A stretch of DNA of 64,000 nt, taken from positions 3,966 to 67,965 of the forward strand of contig JAGXNS010000001.1 of the NCBI GenBank assembly GCA_019894855.1, in the 5' to 3' direction. Below are positions 1 to 10,012 of this stretch, one piece after another. Within the stretch, counting starts at the first letter, position 1. Each line of letters starts with the position of its first letter. Under the pieces are notes generated by a model. That model ran no database searches. It worked only from the letters and a program-made list of their open reading frames with translations, and was not told where the DNA came from. Position numbers and translations under genes: made by a program. This stretch comes from Promethearchaeota archaeon. Lineage in GTDB: Archaea; Asgardarchaeota; Lokiarchaeia; Sigyniarchaeales; SOKP01.

Positions 1-270
1 AACCTAAAATTCTCTTTTATTTTAGTATTTTTTAAATATATTTTAAATAATGTTTTAATCGAAGCTAAAGCCGAAGTTGAACACGAGTCAATTGAGAATT
101 TAAAAAAGATATCTGTTCCTGTTTTAATAATATGTGGCGATAAAGATTTCTATTTCCACTCTGAATATATAAAAGAAATGGACAGTTTGATAAACAATTC
201 AACTCTAAAATTCTACGAAAATAAAGGACATGAGATTATTGGTGATCTAGGTTCGCAAAAGATATCATGA
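1..270 (+). CDS. alpha/beta hydrolase, C-terminal part (gene starts left of the window)
   Basis: Frame 1 is open from base 1 to TGA at 268-270. It translates to ...ISVPVLIICGDKDFYFHSEYIKEM...FYENKGHEIIGD, the usual Asp-loop and His-loop end of alpha/beta-fold hydrolases. It is not in the ORF track because it has no start. Confidence 0.5.
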   Translation, partial: NLKFSFILVFFKYILNNVLIEAKAEVEHESIENLKKISVPVLIICGDKDFYFHSEYIKEMDSLINNSTLKFYENKGHEIIGDLGSQKIS

Positions 271-341
271 AATTCATTAAATAAAAAGAAAGAGAAAAAA
301 ATTAAATATAACTTGCCATTCAAATTCTCACTTTTAGAGTA

Positions 342-1196
342 TTAAGAATTCCTTTTTTCTATATCAAAAGGCATTTCTGAGTCTGGTTTTCGTGAAAGTT
401 TTGAAGACCCTGCGTAAATAATAACAACAATAACGTAGATACCTATCATTACACTTCCACCTATATAAAATATCATCATCGGTAATAATCCCAGTATGCC
501 CGTGATGAACGCACCGTTGAAATTAAAGCTGAAATGAAAGATCACTGTGATTATCAAGCTTCCCTTAGTATTATTATAACCCCAGGTCATTAAAATCGTT
601 ATGACGAGTACTAATATTATAAATATGTAGAAAGGCATGCGTGGTTCTATAAAGTAAAACGGTATATGCCAACAAGCCCATATAATACCCAATATGAGAC
701 TAGAAATAAGGGAACCAAACCTGGATTCGAGTTTTGGTAACGCAAACCCTCGCCAACCCGCTTCTTCACTTAATGGACCGTTGATTATAGTATTAATAAC
801 TGTTATTAAAATTAATCCACCTGTTAGCCCTGGGTTTCCAGGTGCTTCACCTCCCAACAGTAGGTAAAATAACGTAAATACTAAAGGTCCTATCATAAGG
901 AAAAATCCTGCAAAATACCAGAAACCACCTACTTTCCACTTCAGGAAACCACTCAATAATTGTTTTATCTCTGACCACCCCCCGATAATTCCTGCTATAA
1001 TTATAGCAGATATCGTGGGACTCCAAATAGAAATGTAAAAGAAAAGCGTGTCTATACTCACAACCGTCCCAAAATATATAATTGCGACACTTATAATCGT
1101 TATAAGAAAACTCAAAACAAAAAATATAATGAGAGAATTCTTTTCGAAAAAGTTAGAATTAGGACTGAGCTCAATAGATTCATTTTTACTATTCAT
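342..1196 (-). CDS. CPBP-family (CAAX/Abi-type) intramembrane glutamic protease
   Basis: 284-aa polytopic membrane ORF with motifs SEEAGWRGF (EExxxR), WACWHIPFY and FHFSFNF (HxxxN), which are characteristic of the CPBP family. Confidence 0.8.
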   Translation of the reverse strand: MNSKNESIELSPNSNFFEKNSLIIFFVLSFLITIISVAIIYFGTVVSIDTLFFYISIWSPTISAIIIAGIIGGWSEIKQLLSGFLKWKVGGFWYFAGFFLMIGPLVFTLFYLLLGGEAPGNPGLTGGLILITVINTIINGPLSEEAGWRGFALPKLESRFGSLISSLILGIIWACWHIPFYFIEPRMPFYIFIILVLVITILMTWGYNNTKGSLIITVIFHFSFNFNGAFITGILGLLPMMIFYIGGSVMIGIYVIVVIIYAGSSKLSRKPDSEMPFDIEKRNS

Positions 1197-1362
1197 AGTT
1201 ATATTTAATTGTCAAATAATATAAATGTTGTTTTTTATTCATCTGCTTAGTAAACCTATTTCATATTTTAGATAAACCTAAATCGCACGTCTTAGCCAGT
1301 GAGAGCTCAAGAGTTTAGTCATTCAAGTTCCCAGATCCTTATCGTCTTATCGCTTGATCCAA

Positions 1363-1545
1363 TCAAACGGCAGCATAATGAGCTAACATTATGAAAATTA
1401 TTGCAAAACCTTTAATGAAATCAATACTCGCTATTCTTCCTGATGAGGAATAATCTCTAATTTCTTCTATAGGAATGTCCTGTCTTAAGTAGTTAATTAA
1501 AGTAGGAGAATCAAAATCATTTTCTTTTTTACCATTCGATTCCAT
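1363..1545 (-). pseudogene. possible 5' remnant of an acyltransferase-3/DUF1624-type membrane protein
   Basis: The 60-aa ORF ends right after GRIASIDFIKGFAIIFIMLAHY, which resembles only the first TM segment of that family. I could not follow a continuing frame downstream. Confidence 0.3.
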
Positions 1546-1676
1546 AATTTTAATTGTAAGATATATTCGTTAAAAAATATGACATTTTTGGAGATGACAA
1601 AAAAATCATGCTTTAGTATGAATCCTTAAAGCGAAGATATAATCAGCGCTCGATCTGAGAGTATTTTTAAAACTTC

Positions 1677-2846
1677 TTACAAGATTTTTTCCAATTCGCT
1701 CATTTTGTTTAATAACCACTTTTTGAACTCAGGAAAATTATCAATTGAAGGAATCGCTATTTTTTTTCTCGGTTGTTTTACGTTTGATAGAGAATCTGTT
1801 TCTTCGTTTCGGTTCCTTCTTTTTTTTTCTGGTTCCCATTTGCGCTCTAAATCAATCTCGGTAACAGAATAGGATAAATGTAATTTTTTTAGCATTACCT
1901 GAAATTCCATTAACGCCTCTTTGGGATCTAAAAAATCTTCCGTGGTGATTTTAAACCAAGTAATTGCGAACTCTTTTGGTATCCCTTTTTTCCAATGGTG
2001 ATTCCTAAGGTAATTGTAAAGCTTCTGGGGATAAAAAAGTTGGTTCACTTCTAAATTTGCCGGATTGACTTTGTTGTAGCGATAATTGTGGATTAATTGA
2101 ATAAACGACCTTCCTATTTTTCGGTTGGTCTTAATAATTAATTCATACTCTGCTGAGTAGTCAATCTCTTTACTTGAACTTTTCTTCTTAGGTAATTGGA
2201 TAGGGCGATTAAACTCCGGGATCTTTATTTGGCAATATAATTCAGTAAACCGGAGAATTTTATTCCAATACTTCTGGTCGTATTCGCCAAGAATTTCTGG
2301 AAGATTATCTGGACTACTATTTTGATTTAGCTCAACAAAAATTTTAGAAGAAATACTTTTGATTTTAAGAAGCTCGTCCACTATTGCTTGTGTGGTTGGA
2401 GAAGTTCGTAGTATCTCTTCTTCAAAAGATAAATCTCTTCCTTCAAATTCGTAGTTTAAGAAAGTATTGTTTTTTTTGTTGTAAAAAACGAACTGATCGC
2501 CGTTTGCTAAACTTTCTACGTTCTCCTTTGAGTTGATAACGCATCTTACCTTAGGGGAATCCACTAATCTCTCGAGTTCTTCGAGCGAAGGATTGAGTAT
2601 GAAGTAAAGTGTTTGTAGCTGAGAATAGGAATTGTTACATTCATACTCGATTATCTCATTTAGGTTATGGATAGCAGTGGAATCGATGTCCACTGTCTCG
2701 AAACCGACTGTAAACAAATCCATAGACCTAAGGTGCTTCAAATCGACGTAGGGAAATATAACTAAACTTTTTTGCTCAAAAAATAACAAGTTTAAAAATT
2801 CTGAAGTAATAAAATCGTCTCCTGTATCCATTAGTTTCCTCTTCAC
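1677..2846 (-). CDS. hypothetical protein, third gene of the Roadblock-GTPase operon
   Basis: 389-aa ORF lying 31 nt downstream of the GTPase gene on the same strand. It has a basic KKRRNRNEE patch near the C-terminus and no family I recognise. Confidence 0.55.
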   Translation of the reverse strand: MKRKLMDTGDDFITSEFLNLLFFEQKSLVIFPYVDLKHLRSMDLFTVGFETVDIDSTAIHNLNEIIEYECNNSYSQLQTLYFILNPSLEELERLVDSPKVRCVINSKENVESLANGDQFVFYNKKNNTFLNYEFEGRDLSFEEEILRTSPTTQAIVDELLKIKSISSKIFVELNQNSSPDNLPEILGEYDQKYWNKILRFTELYCQIKIPEFNRPIQLPKKKSSSKEIDYSAEYELIIKTNRKIGRSFIQLIHNYRYNKVNPANLEVNQLFYPQKLYNYLRNHHWKKGIPKEFAITWFKITTEDFLDPKEALMEFQVMLKKLHLSYSVTEIDLERKWEPEKKRRNRNEETDSLSNVKQPRKKIAIPSIDNFPEFKKWLLNKMSELEKIL

Positions 2847-2877
2847 CTGGAATTTGAAATATAATTATAAAAATATA

Positions 2878-3546
2878 TTAATTCAACCTGAAAAAGTTTA
2901 ATAACACGAGCACCATTAGATCCTCGAAGCATTTCCTCACACTATCCCCTTCGAGCGCAACGGTGGGATAAATTACCTGAGTTCCATCTCCGTATTTCTC
3001 AAACTTCGGTAAATCAAGCTCTTTTTTAAATTCTTTTTCAGAAATAGCTCCATATAAATCTCTTTTATTGAGCTGAATAACGAAAGGAACATTCTGGTCG
3101 CTGGTAAAACTGATCAATTCTCGAAAACTTCGTTTGTTTTGGTCCATTTTCTTAGGATCGGAGTCTGCGACGAATACAACGCCGTCAGCACCATCTAACA
3201 CGTATTCGCGAGTGGGTAAAAACCGTTCTTGCCCGGTCGCAGTCACGATTTGGGTTACGATGTTAAATTTTACCTTCTCGAGGTTAAGATAGAAAGACAA
3301 TCGAATCGAATCTTGCCACAAAGTTCTTCCGTCGGTAGTCTCGATAGAATAACCTCGGTTTAGTTTTACCCCGTCGAATTTTTCCCTTAACCTGAAGTAG
3401 TTAGTCGTTTTCCCAGACTCACCAGGACCCCAATAAACAACCTTGAACTGCAACACTTCCTTGAGAGAATTCGTCCCAGATTTACCGCTAATGCCGAGTT
3501 GTTCTTTTTCCAATTGCTTTTCTTTATGGTTGGAACCTACTGTCAT
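2878..3546 (-). CDS. MglA-like small Ras-superfamily GTPase
   Basis: G1 is KVVYWGPGESGKTTNY. G3 is TATGQERF, with Thr in place of the Ras Asp as in MglA. G4 is QLNKRDL. Size is 222 aa with a short N-terminal extension. Confidence 0.8.
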   Translation of the reverse strand: MTVGSNHKEKQLEKEQLGISGKSGTNSLKEVLQFKVVYWGPGESGKTTNYFRLREKFDGVKLNRGYSIETTDGRTLWQDSIRLSFYLNLEKVKFNIVTQIVTATGQERFLPTREYVLDGADGVVFVADSDPKKMDQNKRSFRELISFTSDQNVPFVIQLNKRDLYGAISEKEFKKELDLPKFEKYGDGTQVIYPTVALEGDSVRKCFEDLMVLVLLNFFRLN

Positions 3547-3570
3547 TTTTTAACTCGCCTCTGATATGGT

Positions 3571-4104
3571 TTATACCGTCTCAAAAACCTTTCTTTTTAA
3601 GTCTCTGAGATGCTCTTTGAGATCTTGCTCTGACATCTGCAATTTTTCCATTATACTTTGACTACGTGTGATCGCATCCTTTATCTTTGCTGAAAACTTG
3701 CGCATTTGGAGGATGAGCACGCCAATGTTGACTTGAATGTCAACCAAAAGGATCACCAGAATCTCTCTTTTTCCTTTTTTGACGAGAATCACATCTCCAA
3801 TTGATTTGACGTAGAGTTGTAAGTCCTTATAGATTAGCGTTGCGCGAACTAAAGAGTCTGTCTCAAAAAAATCCTGCGCTTGCCGGGCAACACCATATAG
3901 CGCCGCTCCAATGGAGCTTAAGTCCCAATAATTTAACTTCCTGTCGAACCTAGAATCGATTGCAATTATTTTCGCATCTTGGTCTATAGCAATGAGTCCA
4001 TAGATGTATCCTTTTCTAGTTAGCATTCCGTAATTGTATCGCACCTCATCTAACACTTGGGCTATTTCGTTCTCGTAAAGTGTTTTAGGAACGTAAATTG
4101 TCAC
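3571..4104 (-). CDS. Roadblock/LC7 (MglB-like) domain protein with C-terminal coiled-coil extension
   Basis: GYIYGLIAIDQDAKIIAIDS...SSIGAALYGVARQAQDFFETDSLVRATLIYKDLQLYVKSIG follows the Roadblock/LC7 pattern. The gene lies 24 nt upstream of the GTPase gene. Confidence 0.7.
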   Translation of the reverse strand: MTIYVPKTLYENEIAQVLDEVRYNYGMLTRKGYIYGLIAIDQDAKIIAIDSRFDRKLNYWDLSSIGAALYGVARQAQDFFETDSLVRATLIYKDLQLYVKSIGDVILVKKGKREILVILLVDIQVNIGVLILQMRKFSAKIKDAITRSQSIMEKLQMSEQDLKEHLRDLKRKVFETV

Positions 4105-4200
4105 TTTTCACATATCACCAATCATGTTTACTTTTGTGGAGTAACCATTTTTGAATATTTAAAGGAAAAAATTTTTTAGCTTGACAAAAAAACAAAGCGA

Positions 4201-4866
4201 TTAAAGTTTGAACACGTAATAGTTCAATAAAAGCAAAAACGCCAAGATAGAACTTAACAAAAACCACTCCATAAGAGGGATAGTAAGAGCGCAATAAACA
4301 ATAAGCAAGGTAATGGGAATAGTTAGCCCAAATATGCCTAAATGTTTCAACTTGCATTTGTGTGATAAGACAATGTTCAAACTAAAAAAGAAGATAGATA
4401 AAATATAACCACCAAACGAAATGAAGGTTATAATACCGTGATAAATATCTCCGGGACCTGCCCTATCTAAACTGAACACTCCTAAAAACATATATCCAAC
4501 GTTTCCAATTACTCCTAAAGCGACGCCGAGCTCGACAAACAATAAAGAAAACCTCGAACTCTTATATACGATCCGCAACTTTTTTCTCACAAAAAAATTT
4601 ACGGGAAGACTTACAGCTCCCCCAAATATACAAATTAAATTGTGTATATAAGGAAATGGGATTACATTTATGCTACCCAAGTCACTAATGTAATTTACAG
4701 TGAGCGAAAATCCAAAAAATGAAGACAGCAAAACATTCAAGACTAATAATACAATATAACTGGCGCTACTGTAAAAAAGAACCCTTCCCAACCACTTTGA
4801 AAAGAGATTAAGAGGTTGATCTAAGCCGAAGACCTCGCGTGTGTTTACCTTTTGCTTAGTTATCAT
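4201..4866 (-). CDS. polytopic membrane protein, DUF998-like
   Basis: About six predicted TM helices, with NYISDLGS after TM1. It is a paralogue of the gene at 50362-51027. The overlapping ORF 4115..4357 is rejected. Confidence 0.5.
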   Translation of the reverse strand: MITKQKVNTREVFGLDQPLNLFSKWLGRVLFYSSASYIVLLVLNVLLSSFFGFSLTVNYISDLGSINVIPFPYIHNLICIFGGAVSLPVNFFVRKKLRIVYKSSRFSLLFVELGVALGVIGNVGYMFLGVFSLDRAGPGDIYHGIITFISFGGYILSIFFFSLNIVLSHKCKLKHLGIFGLTIPITLLIVYCALTIPLMEWFLLSSILAFLLLLNYYVFKL

Positions 4867-5085
4867 GATTTTTTAATTAATGCTTCGTATATTTGAAGCT
4901 AAATTTTATTTCAAGACTAGAAAAAAGTAGAATATTTAAACAAAAAACAAAAAAGAAAAATTTTAAAACTTCACAACTGATGAGGAAGGTTAAGACTTAA
5001 AGATATTTAATTGAGTTAATTTAACATTAAACTATAAAATCTATGTTTCAATTTCCTTTGATAATAAGAAAAAGTCTGAGAAATT

Positions 5086-6018
5086 ATGGAATATACTACA
5101 CTTGGACGTACGGGGTTGAAGGTTAGCGTTATAGGCCTAGGTTGTGGCGGGCCTAGCCGTATCGGTCAAGCTACTGGAAACTCGGAAGAAGAATCTATCG
5201 CAATAGTTAGACATGGGATAAATTCTGGCATCAATTTTATTGATACAGCCGAGATATATAGAACAGAAAAGATTGTGGGTAAGGCTATTGAAGGTTTTAA
5301 GAGAGAAGATCTCGTTTTGTCAACTAAAAAATCAACTTGGGGAACTATAAGGCCAGATAAAGTCATAAAGAGTTTTGAGAAGAGCCTTAAGAATCTTGGG
5401 ACCGATTATGTTGATATTTATCACCTTCATGGAGTAATTTTGCAGGATTACGATTCTCTTTATTCAGAAGTGGTACCTTCTCTCCTTGAAATACGAGATC
5501 AAGGCAAAATACGCTTTCTGGGTATTACAGAAAGGTTTAATCCTGATCCTGATCATTCGATGTTGCAGAGAGCATTACAAGATGATATCTGGGATGTAAT
5601 GATGGTAGGGTTTAATATATTGAACCAGTCAGCACGGGAACGAATTTTTTTATCTGCAATGGAAAAAAAAATAGGTATTTTAATAATGTTTGCTGTTAGA
5701 CTTGCTCTTAGTAGACCTAAACGCCTTAAACAGTGTATTGAAGAATTAATTCAGAATAAGCAGATCAATCCCTCTACGATAGATAAAGAAGATCCGCTTG
5801 GTTTTCTTATACATGATAATGGTGCTGAAAACATAGTTGATGCAGCATATCGGTTTTGTCATTATGAACCAGGTACACATGTAATTCTTTCAGGGACAGG
5901 AAATCTTAATCATTTGAAAGAAAACATTAATATTATGCAAAAACCCCCACTCCCAAAAAAGGATGTACTAAAACTCAAAGAGATTTTTAAAAATGTAGAT
6001 TCAATAACAGGACAATAA
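5086..6018 (+). CDS. aldo/keto reductase
   Basis: N-terminus MEYTTLGRTGLKVSVIGLGCGG, then INFIDTAEIY and DYVDIYHLH, the classic AKR signature blocks. Confidence 0.9.
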   Translation: MEYTTLGRTGLKVSVIGLGCGGPSRIGQATGNSEEESIAIVRHGINSGINFIDTAEIYRTEKIVGKAIEGFKREDLVLSTKKSTWGTIRPDKVIKSFEKSLKNLGTDYVDIYHLHGVILQDYDSLYSEVVPSLLEIRDQGKIRFLGITERFNPDPDHSMLQRALQDDIWDVMMVGFNILNQSARERIFLSAMEKKIGILIMFAVRLALSRPKRLKQCIEELIQNKQINPSTIDKEDPLGFLIHDNGAENIVDAAYRFCHYEPGTHVILSGTGNLNHLKENINIMQKPPLPKKDVLKLKEIFKNVDSITGQ

Positions 6019-6040
6019 CAATGTTTCTATTCTAAACTAA

Positions 6041-6970
6041 TTAGATCAACATTACACTCGAATTTTTCGTGAACACAAGCTCTTTCTCAGTGCTGTACTT
6101 GTTCTCTTTTACGGCTAAATTAGTAATAGAAACAAAATCCCCATCGTTCACTATTTTCAAGCATTTTACCGCATTCATGCCCCACGCCTTCACTCTAATG
6201 GTGAACCCTTCAGCTTCTAAATATATAGTAAGTAAAAACGATTTGTCGCCTGATTTCAACACTAATTCCTTAAATTCTTCGATTTTAACAGTTCCTTTAA
6301 CGGCGCTAATGAATTTATTATGCTGGATAGCTTGTTTCAAAGGTTCTAAGTTACTCTTGGGCTTTTTATATTCTGAACTGGCAATCGTAATTGCTTCGAA
6401 CTGTTCTCGTTTCTTACTGCTAACTTCAGGAGAGAGAATTAATGTGCCTTTTCTTCCGAGGTGAACTTCGATGGTTTCGTTTTGTCCTAGCTTTGAATAT
6501 CCTCCAATAGCTCGAACGAGTTCGGTTGGTTTGAAATACTCTTGATTAATATTATCTACTCGATCGTCCCATAATACGATTTTCACGATTCCAGTTGGAT
6601 CGCCGAGCAAGAAAGAGCATACTTTTCCCATAGATTCGTCCTTTCGTACAAACTCGCGAATTTTTTGTATACTTAAAATCTTACCTAATAGGACAATATT
6701 ACTCATCCCTTCCCTGAGGTCCGAGATTTCTATTGTGAACTCGTCATAATCGACTTCTTCTTCTAACTCGTCGTAAAGATAATCGTCAATATCGGAAGAT
6801 CTTACATCAAGCCCATTTTCTCTAGCAATTATAAACAACACTCCTTGTTTCGACATAAAGTCGCCGTATTCTTCTACTTTGTTCTTAACTTTTCTTTCCA
6901 GCTCTTCTTCTGACAATCCAAGGTCTAATAATTTTTTGTATAACTCGTTTACTGAGGCGCTTATTTTCAT
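6041..6970 (-). CDS. RPA-like single-stranded-DNA-binding protein with two OB folds
   Basis: OB-fold patterns LLGKILSIQKIREFVRKDESMGKVCSFLLGDPTGIVKIVLWDD and VKGTVKIEEF...TIRVKAWG. I prefer the ATG at 6968-6970 (MKISASVNELYKK...) over the track start at 7033. Confidence 0.7.
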   Translation of the reverse strand: MKISASVNELYKKLLDLGLSEEELERKVKNKVEEYGDFMSKQGVLFIIARENGLDVRSSDIDDYLYDELEEEVDYDEFTIEISDLREGMSNIVLLGKILSIQKIREFVRKDESMGKVCSFLLGDPTGIVKIVLWDDRVDNINQEYFKPTELVRAIGGYSKLGQNETIEVHLGRKGTLILSPEVSSKKREQFEAITIASSEYKKPKSNLEPLKQAIQHNKFISAVKGTVKIEEFKELVLKSGDKSFLLTIYLEAEGFTIRVKAWGMNAVKCLKIVNDGDFVSITNLAVKENKYSTEKELVFTKNSSVMLI

Positions 6971-7059
6971 AACCTCTCTATTTTTTACTAATAAGTAAAA
7001 ATTAGTAACTAAGTATTTAAACAAAAAATTCATAAATTGAAAAACCCTAAAAAATAAGA

Positions 7060-7668
7060 TTAAGTGTAGATGCGACCCGCCTTGTCAATATGAAGCTTCT
7101 TTCGAGCCATGTGGAAGGCGTAAGCGGAGCACGCGCAAAAGGTTCTTAGGTTTTTTTGCAGGATATACTCATTTTTCGTTATAGTTGAGTCGTTTCTGTC
7201 GGTCACGAATATAGTTAAGGCGAGCTGAGTGGTGATGCGTGGCCAAAAAAAGTTTTTTTTTAAGATTTTTTGTAAAATCTCTAAGTTGGTAATTGCTCGG
7301 GGGTAATCAAACACAGGGGCGATTCTATGAACCTTTCTCAGGTAAAATTTCGCTTGGCGTAAAACACTTTTCTCTCCTGAGCCCCACGATACGAGTCCTA
7401 ACCTTAAATTATGACTGAATTGGGTCGCATCGGTTATAAACTCAAAAACAGTGTTTAACACTACGAATTGGGGTAAGTTCATCGCCTTCACAATGTTCCC
7501 CACGATCAAAGGGGTTAAATCTTTGTATTCATTAGTGTTATTCGCAAAGCTCTCGAATCTAAAAAAGTAGTTAAGCACTTTCTCTTTATTTACATGGTCC
7601 CTTGGAACCCTTTTATAGGTTCTTAAACTGTTTTGCAGAAAAATCGCATCGTTCGTTGATTCTGCCAT
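7060..7668 (-). CDS. hypothetical protein
   Basis: 202-aa ORF between the RPA-like and FEN1 genes on the same strand. No motif recognised. Confidence 0.45.
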   Translation of the reverse strand: MAESTNDAIFLQNSLRTYKRVPRDHVNKEKVLNYFFRFESFANNTNEYKDLTPLIVGNIVKAMNLPQFVVLNTVFEFITDATQFSHNLRLGLVSWGSGEKSVLRQAKFYLRKVHRIAPVFDYPRAITNLEILQKILKKNFFWPRITTQLALTIFVTDRNDSTITKNEYILQKNLRTFCACSAYAFHMARKKLHIDKAGRIYT

Positions 7669-7758
7669 ACTTCTCTCAATTTAGTTAGTTATGTGGGTGT
7701 AGAATTTTAATTATCACACAAACAATTAATTGAGCTTTTATAAAGAAAAATTAAATTT

Positions 7759-8859
7759 CTAAGTAGAAAAAATAGAGTCAAGAGTTTCTTGTTTTTTAGA
7801 GGGATTTCTCGTTTTGTTGGAGAAAAACATTTGGCACTTTCCGTAATTAGTGGCTAACTTATTCAGGTTGGTTTCCACCCGTTCTCGATTGAGGTGGTGA
7901 TCTTCGCACAATAAGTTTAGCGTTTGTTGTTCGCTAGGAAAATTCCAGCTCAGATTTGGGTATTCCATTAATACATCGGGAAGTAAAAAGATTTTTCTTA
8001 CATTTGCGATGACTTCGGAACTCAAAGTGGAAAAATTGTAATTTCCTTTTTCTTCTTTGATCACTTTTTCTATGGATCCATGTTTTTTGATGAATTTGTA
8101 GGCGTGCTTTGGACCTATATTTTTTATACCTGAATAGTAGTCGGTTCCGATTAGGAGCGCCATGTCTACCAATTGAAACTGATCGATTTCTAACCTTTTT
8201 AGGTTTTCTATGAGATTGATCGTAACAGGAGTGATTTTTTGATATTTCCAGCGACCTTGAACTTTCCTTCTTAACGACTTCGAGAAGTTTTGGAGTATTC
8301 GAGGGCATCCAAACAAAAGTGAGTCAAAATCTTGAGAGTTAGAGTAATGAGCTACTTCATTTTTAACAAATTGAGCACATTGTGATTCTGCTGAAGCGGG
8401 AGCGCTTATGTATGGCACGCCTAATGCACCTAGAAGTTGCTTGGATTCTTTAACAATGTTGGGCCACATATACTCTTTCGATAAAGCGATTTGTTTCGCG
8501 TTTTCTCTGTTCCCTAATTGGATTAATGATCGGTAAAGCTTTTCTGTGAATAAGAAGTCGTTGAGCCTATCCTTAGTTTTAAGCTTTTTTAGGTTGGAAT
8601 CGAGCCCATCGAAACAAAAGATCGGAAAGATTTTCTTGGAATAGAAAAAATTCGTCCTATAGAGCAAACCATATAAGTGTGATATCGGTCTTTGGGTGCG
8701 GTCAAGGATAAGTCCTGCTTGGGAGCCATCAAGGTTTTTGCGGGCGAAATTAAACAAGCTCATTATTACATTTGGGGCATCTACCGCTATAATCTTACCT
8801 GCAAGTTTGGAAAATTCGATCGCTTTTCGGATCACTAAATCTTGAAGTTTAACTCCCAT
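7759..8859 (-). CDS. fen: flap endonuclease 1
   Basis: The N-terminus MGVKLQDLV...GKIIAVDAPNVI, together with the IGTDYY and GIKNIGPKHAYKFIKKHGS (H3TH) blocks, is typical of archaeal FEN1/XPG-family nucleases. Confidence 0.9.
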   Translation of the reverse strand: MGVKLQDLVIRKAIEFSKLAGKIIAVDAPNVIMSLFNFARKNLDGSQAGLILDRTQRPISHLYGLLYRTNFFYSKKIFPIFCFDGLDSNLKKLKTKDRLNDFLFTEKLYRSLIQLGNRENAKQIALSKEYMWPNIVKESKQLLGALGVPYISAPASAESQCAQFVKNEVAHYSNSQDFDSLLFGCPRILQNFSKSLRRKVQGRWKYQKITPVTINLIENLKRLEIDQFQLVDMALLIGTDYYSGIKNIGPKHAYKFIKKHGSIEKVIKEEKGNYNFSTLSSEVIANVRKIFLLPDVLMEYPNLSWNFPSEQQTLNLLCEDHHLNRERVETNLNKLATNYGKCQMFFSNKTRNPSKKQETLDSIFST

Positions 8860-9038
8860 ACAATTTAGGTCGTTACAGATTATAAAAAAGAAAAATTAAA
8901 ATTTATCTATCGGATATTTTTTTTTTAAGTATTTATTTTTCAGTTTAAAACACTCACCTTCCTATCATTATCCACTCATACAAGATAAATATAATATAAT
9001 AATAATCCCTATCATTATGATTAAACCCAATTGGGACA

Positions 9039-9254
9039 TTAGTAATGAGGAAAGAAAGGCACCATAATTAATACTATACTAATTATTGCTATAAAAACGA
9101 CTAAGACCCATAATACAAGGATTTTCCCCCCTCCTTTTTCCAAGTCATCATAATTAAGTTCTACACCACAATTAGAGCAAAGGTCTTCCCTATCTCGAGA
9201 AATTAAAGTCATAGAGCCACATTCCGGGCATTTCACTCTTTCATTATTTGACAT
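9039..9254 (-). CDS. small zinc-ribbon protein with C-terminal TM anchor
   Basis: CPECGS-x13-CSNCG ribbon followed by the hydrophobic LVLWVLVVFIAIISIVLIMV. I prefer the start at ATG 9252-9254 (MSNNERV), because the upstream 51 codons of the track ORF are low-complexity. Confidence 0.5.
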   Translation of the reverse strand: MSNNERVKCPECGSMTLISRDREDLCSNCGVELNYDDLEKGGGKILVLWVLVVFIAIISIVLIMVPFFPHY

Positions 9255-9399
9255 ATTACATATATTTGAGTGAAGAATTATTAAACCTTTCTTTGATTGT
9301 AATTTGAATTTGAATGATAATTTTTTTTTAATACTTTTTCTTTTATAAGGATTTGATGAATATGAGAACAAAACAATATAATTATCAACTGATAAAACT

Positions 9400-9771
9400 A
9401 TGGCCAAAAATAAAAACGATATTTATATCCTTCGTAAACATCGCAAGCCAAACCGCACTTTTTTAATGTTTCTGGGGATATTAGGGTTCGTAGCAATAGT
9501 CGTGCCCTTTTTTGGATCAAACTTGCGCTATATGACGGGGACATTTTTCAAAACCATTTTTGTGAATGTAGGACAAATTTGTCTTACAATCGGGGGCGCA
9601 TTATTCGTAATAAACCTTCTAAAAATCTTCTTCCGCAAATTTAGCGTTAAGTCCATGATGTTTAGCTGTTTCTTGCTGTGGGTAGGGGCTTTTCTTACCG
9701 GAATCCCTTTCGAATTATTAGGGATAGCGATAGGAGGGACCCAACCACCCCAAGGATACCATTATTATTAA
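9400..9771 (+). CDS. small membrane protein
   Basis: 123-aa ORF with three or four hydrophobic helices, divergent from the zinc-ribbon gene. Confidence 0.4.
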   Translation: MAKNKNDIYILRKHRKPNRTFLMFLGILGFVAIVVPFFGSNLRYMTGTFFKTIFVNVGQICLTIGGALFVINLLKIFFRKFSVKSMMFSCFLLWVGAFLTGIPFELLGIAIGGTQPPQGYHYY

Positions 9772-9787
9772 AAAAAAGATTTTTTTT

Positions 9788-10012
9788 TTATCTAAAAATC
9801 CTGAAATACTTAAAACCAGTATCGAACCCACAAATCGCAATCAACACAAATGAGGCAACTATAACTCCTAGCATCTTATAACGAATCCTACCTCCACCCC
9901 AAATAGCTAATATAATACCGATTATGAGTCCTAAGATTCCAATGAGCGAACCAAAGGCAATCCAAAACTCAAAACCACTAATCACATCTTCGAAATAATC
10001 GTACAATACCAT
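9788..10012 (-). CDS. small membrane protein
   Basis: 74-aa ORF with two hydrophobic helices. No homology recognised. Confidence 0.35.
   Translation of the reverse strand: MVLYDYFEDVISGFEFWIAFGSLIGILGLIIGIILAIWGGGRIRYKMLGVIVASFVLIAICGFDTGFKYFRIFR

Noticed and set aside
4115-4357. 80-aa minus-strand ORF overlapping the 3' part of the membrane protein gene 4201..4866.
   Set aside because: It is out of frame with a longer ORF that has a coherent six-TM architecture and a paralogue in the window. No independent signal supports it.
6069-6464. 131-aa plus-strand ORF inside the RPA-like gene. Similar antisense ORFs occur at 5166..5366, 7934..8308, 12649..12858, 13573..13812, 14314..14550, 31867..32151, 40847..41293, 45243..45449, 47426..47656 and 61248..61691.
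   Set aside because: Each lies entirely within, and antisense or out of frame to, a gene with clear family motifs. Their translations are low-complexity (Ser/Phe/Leu-rich) shadow frames typical of AT-rich DNA.
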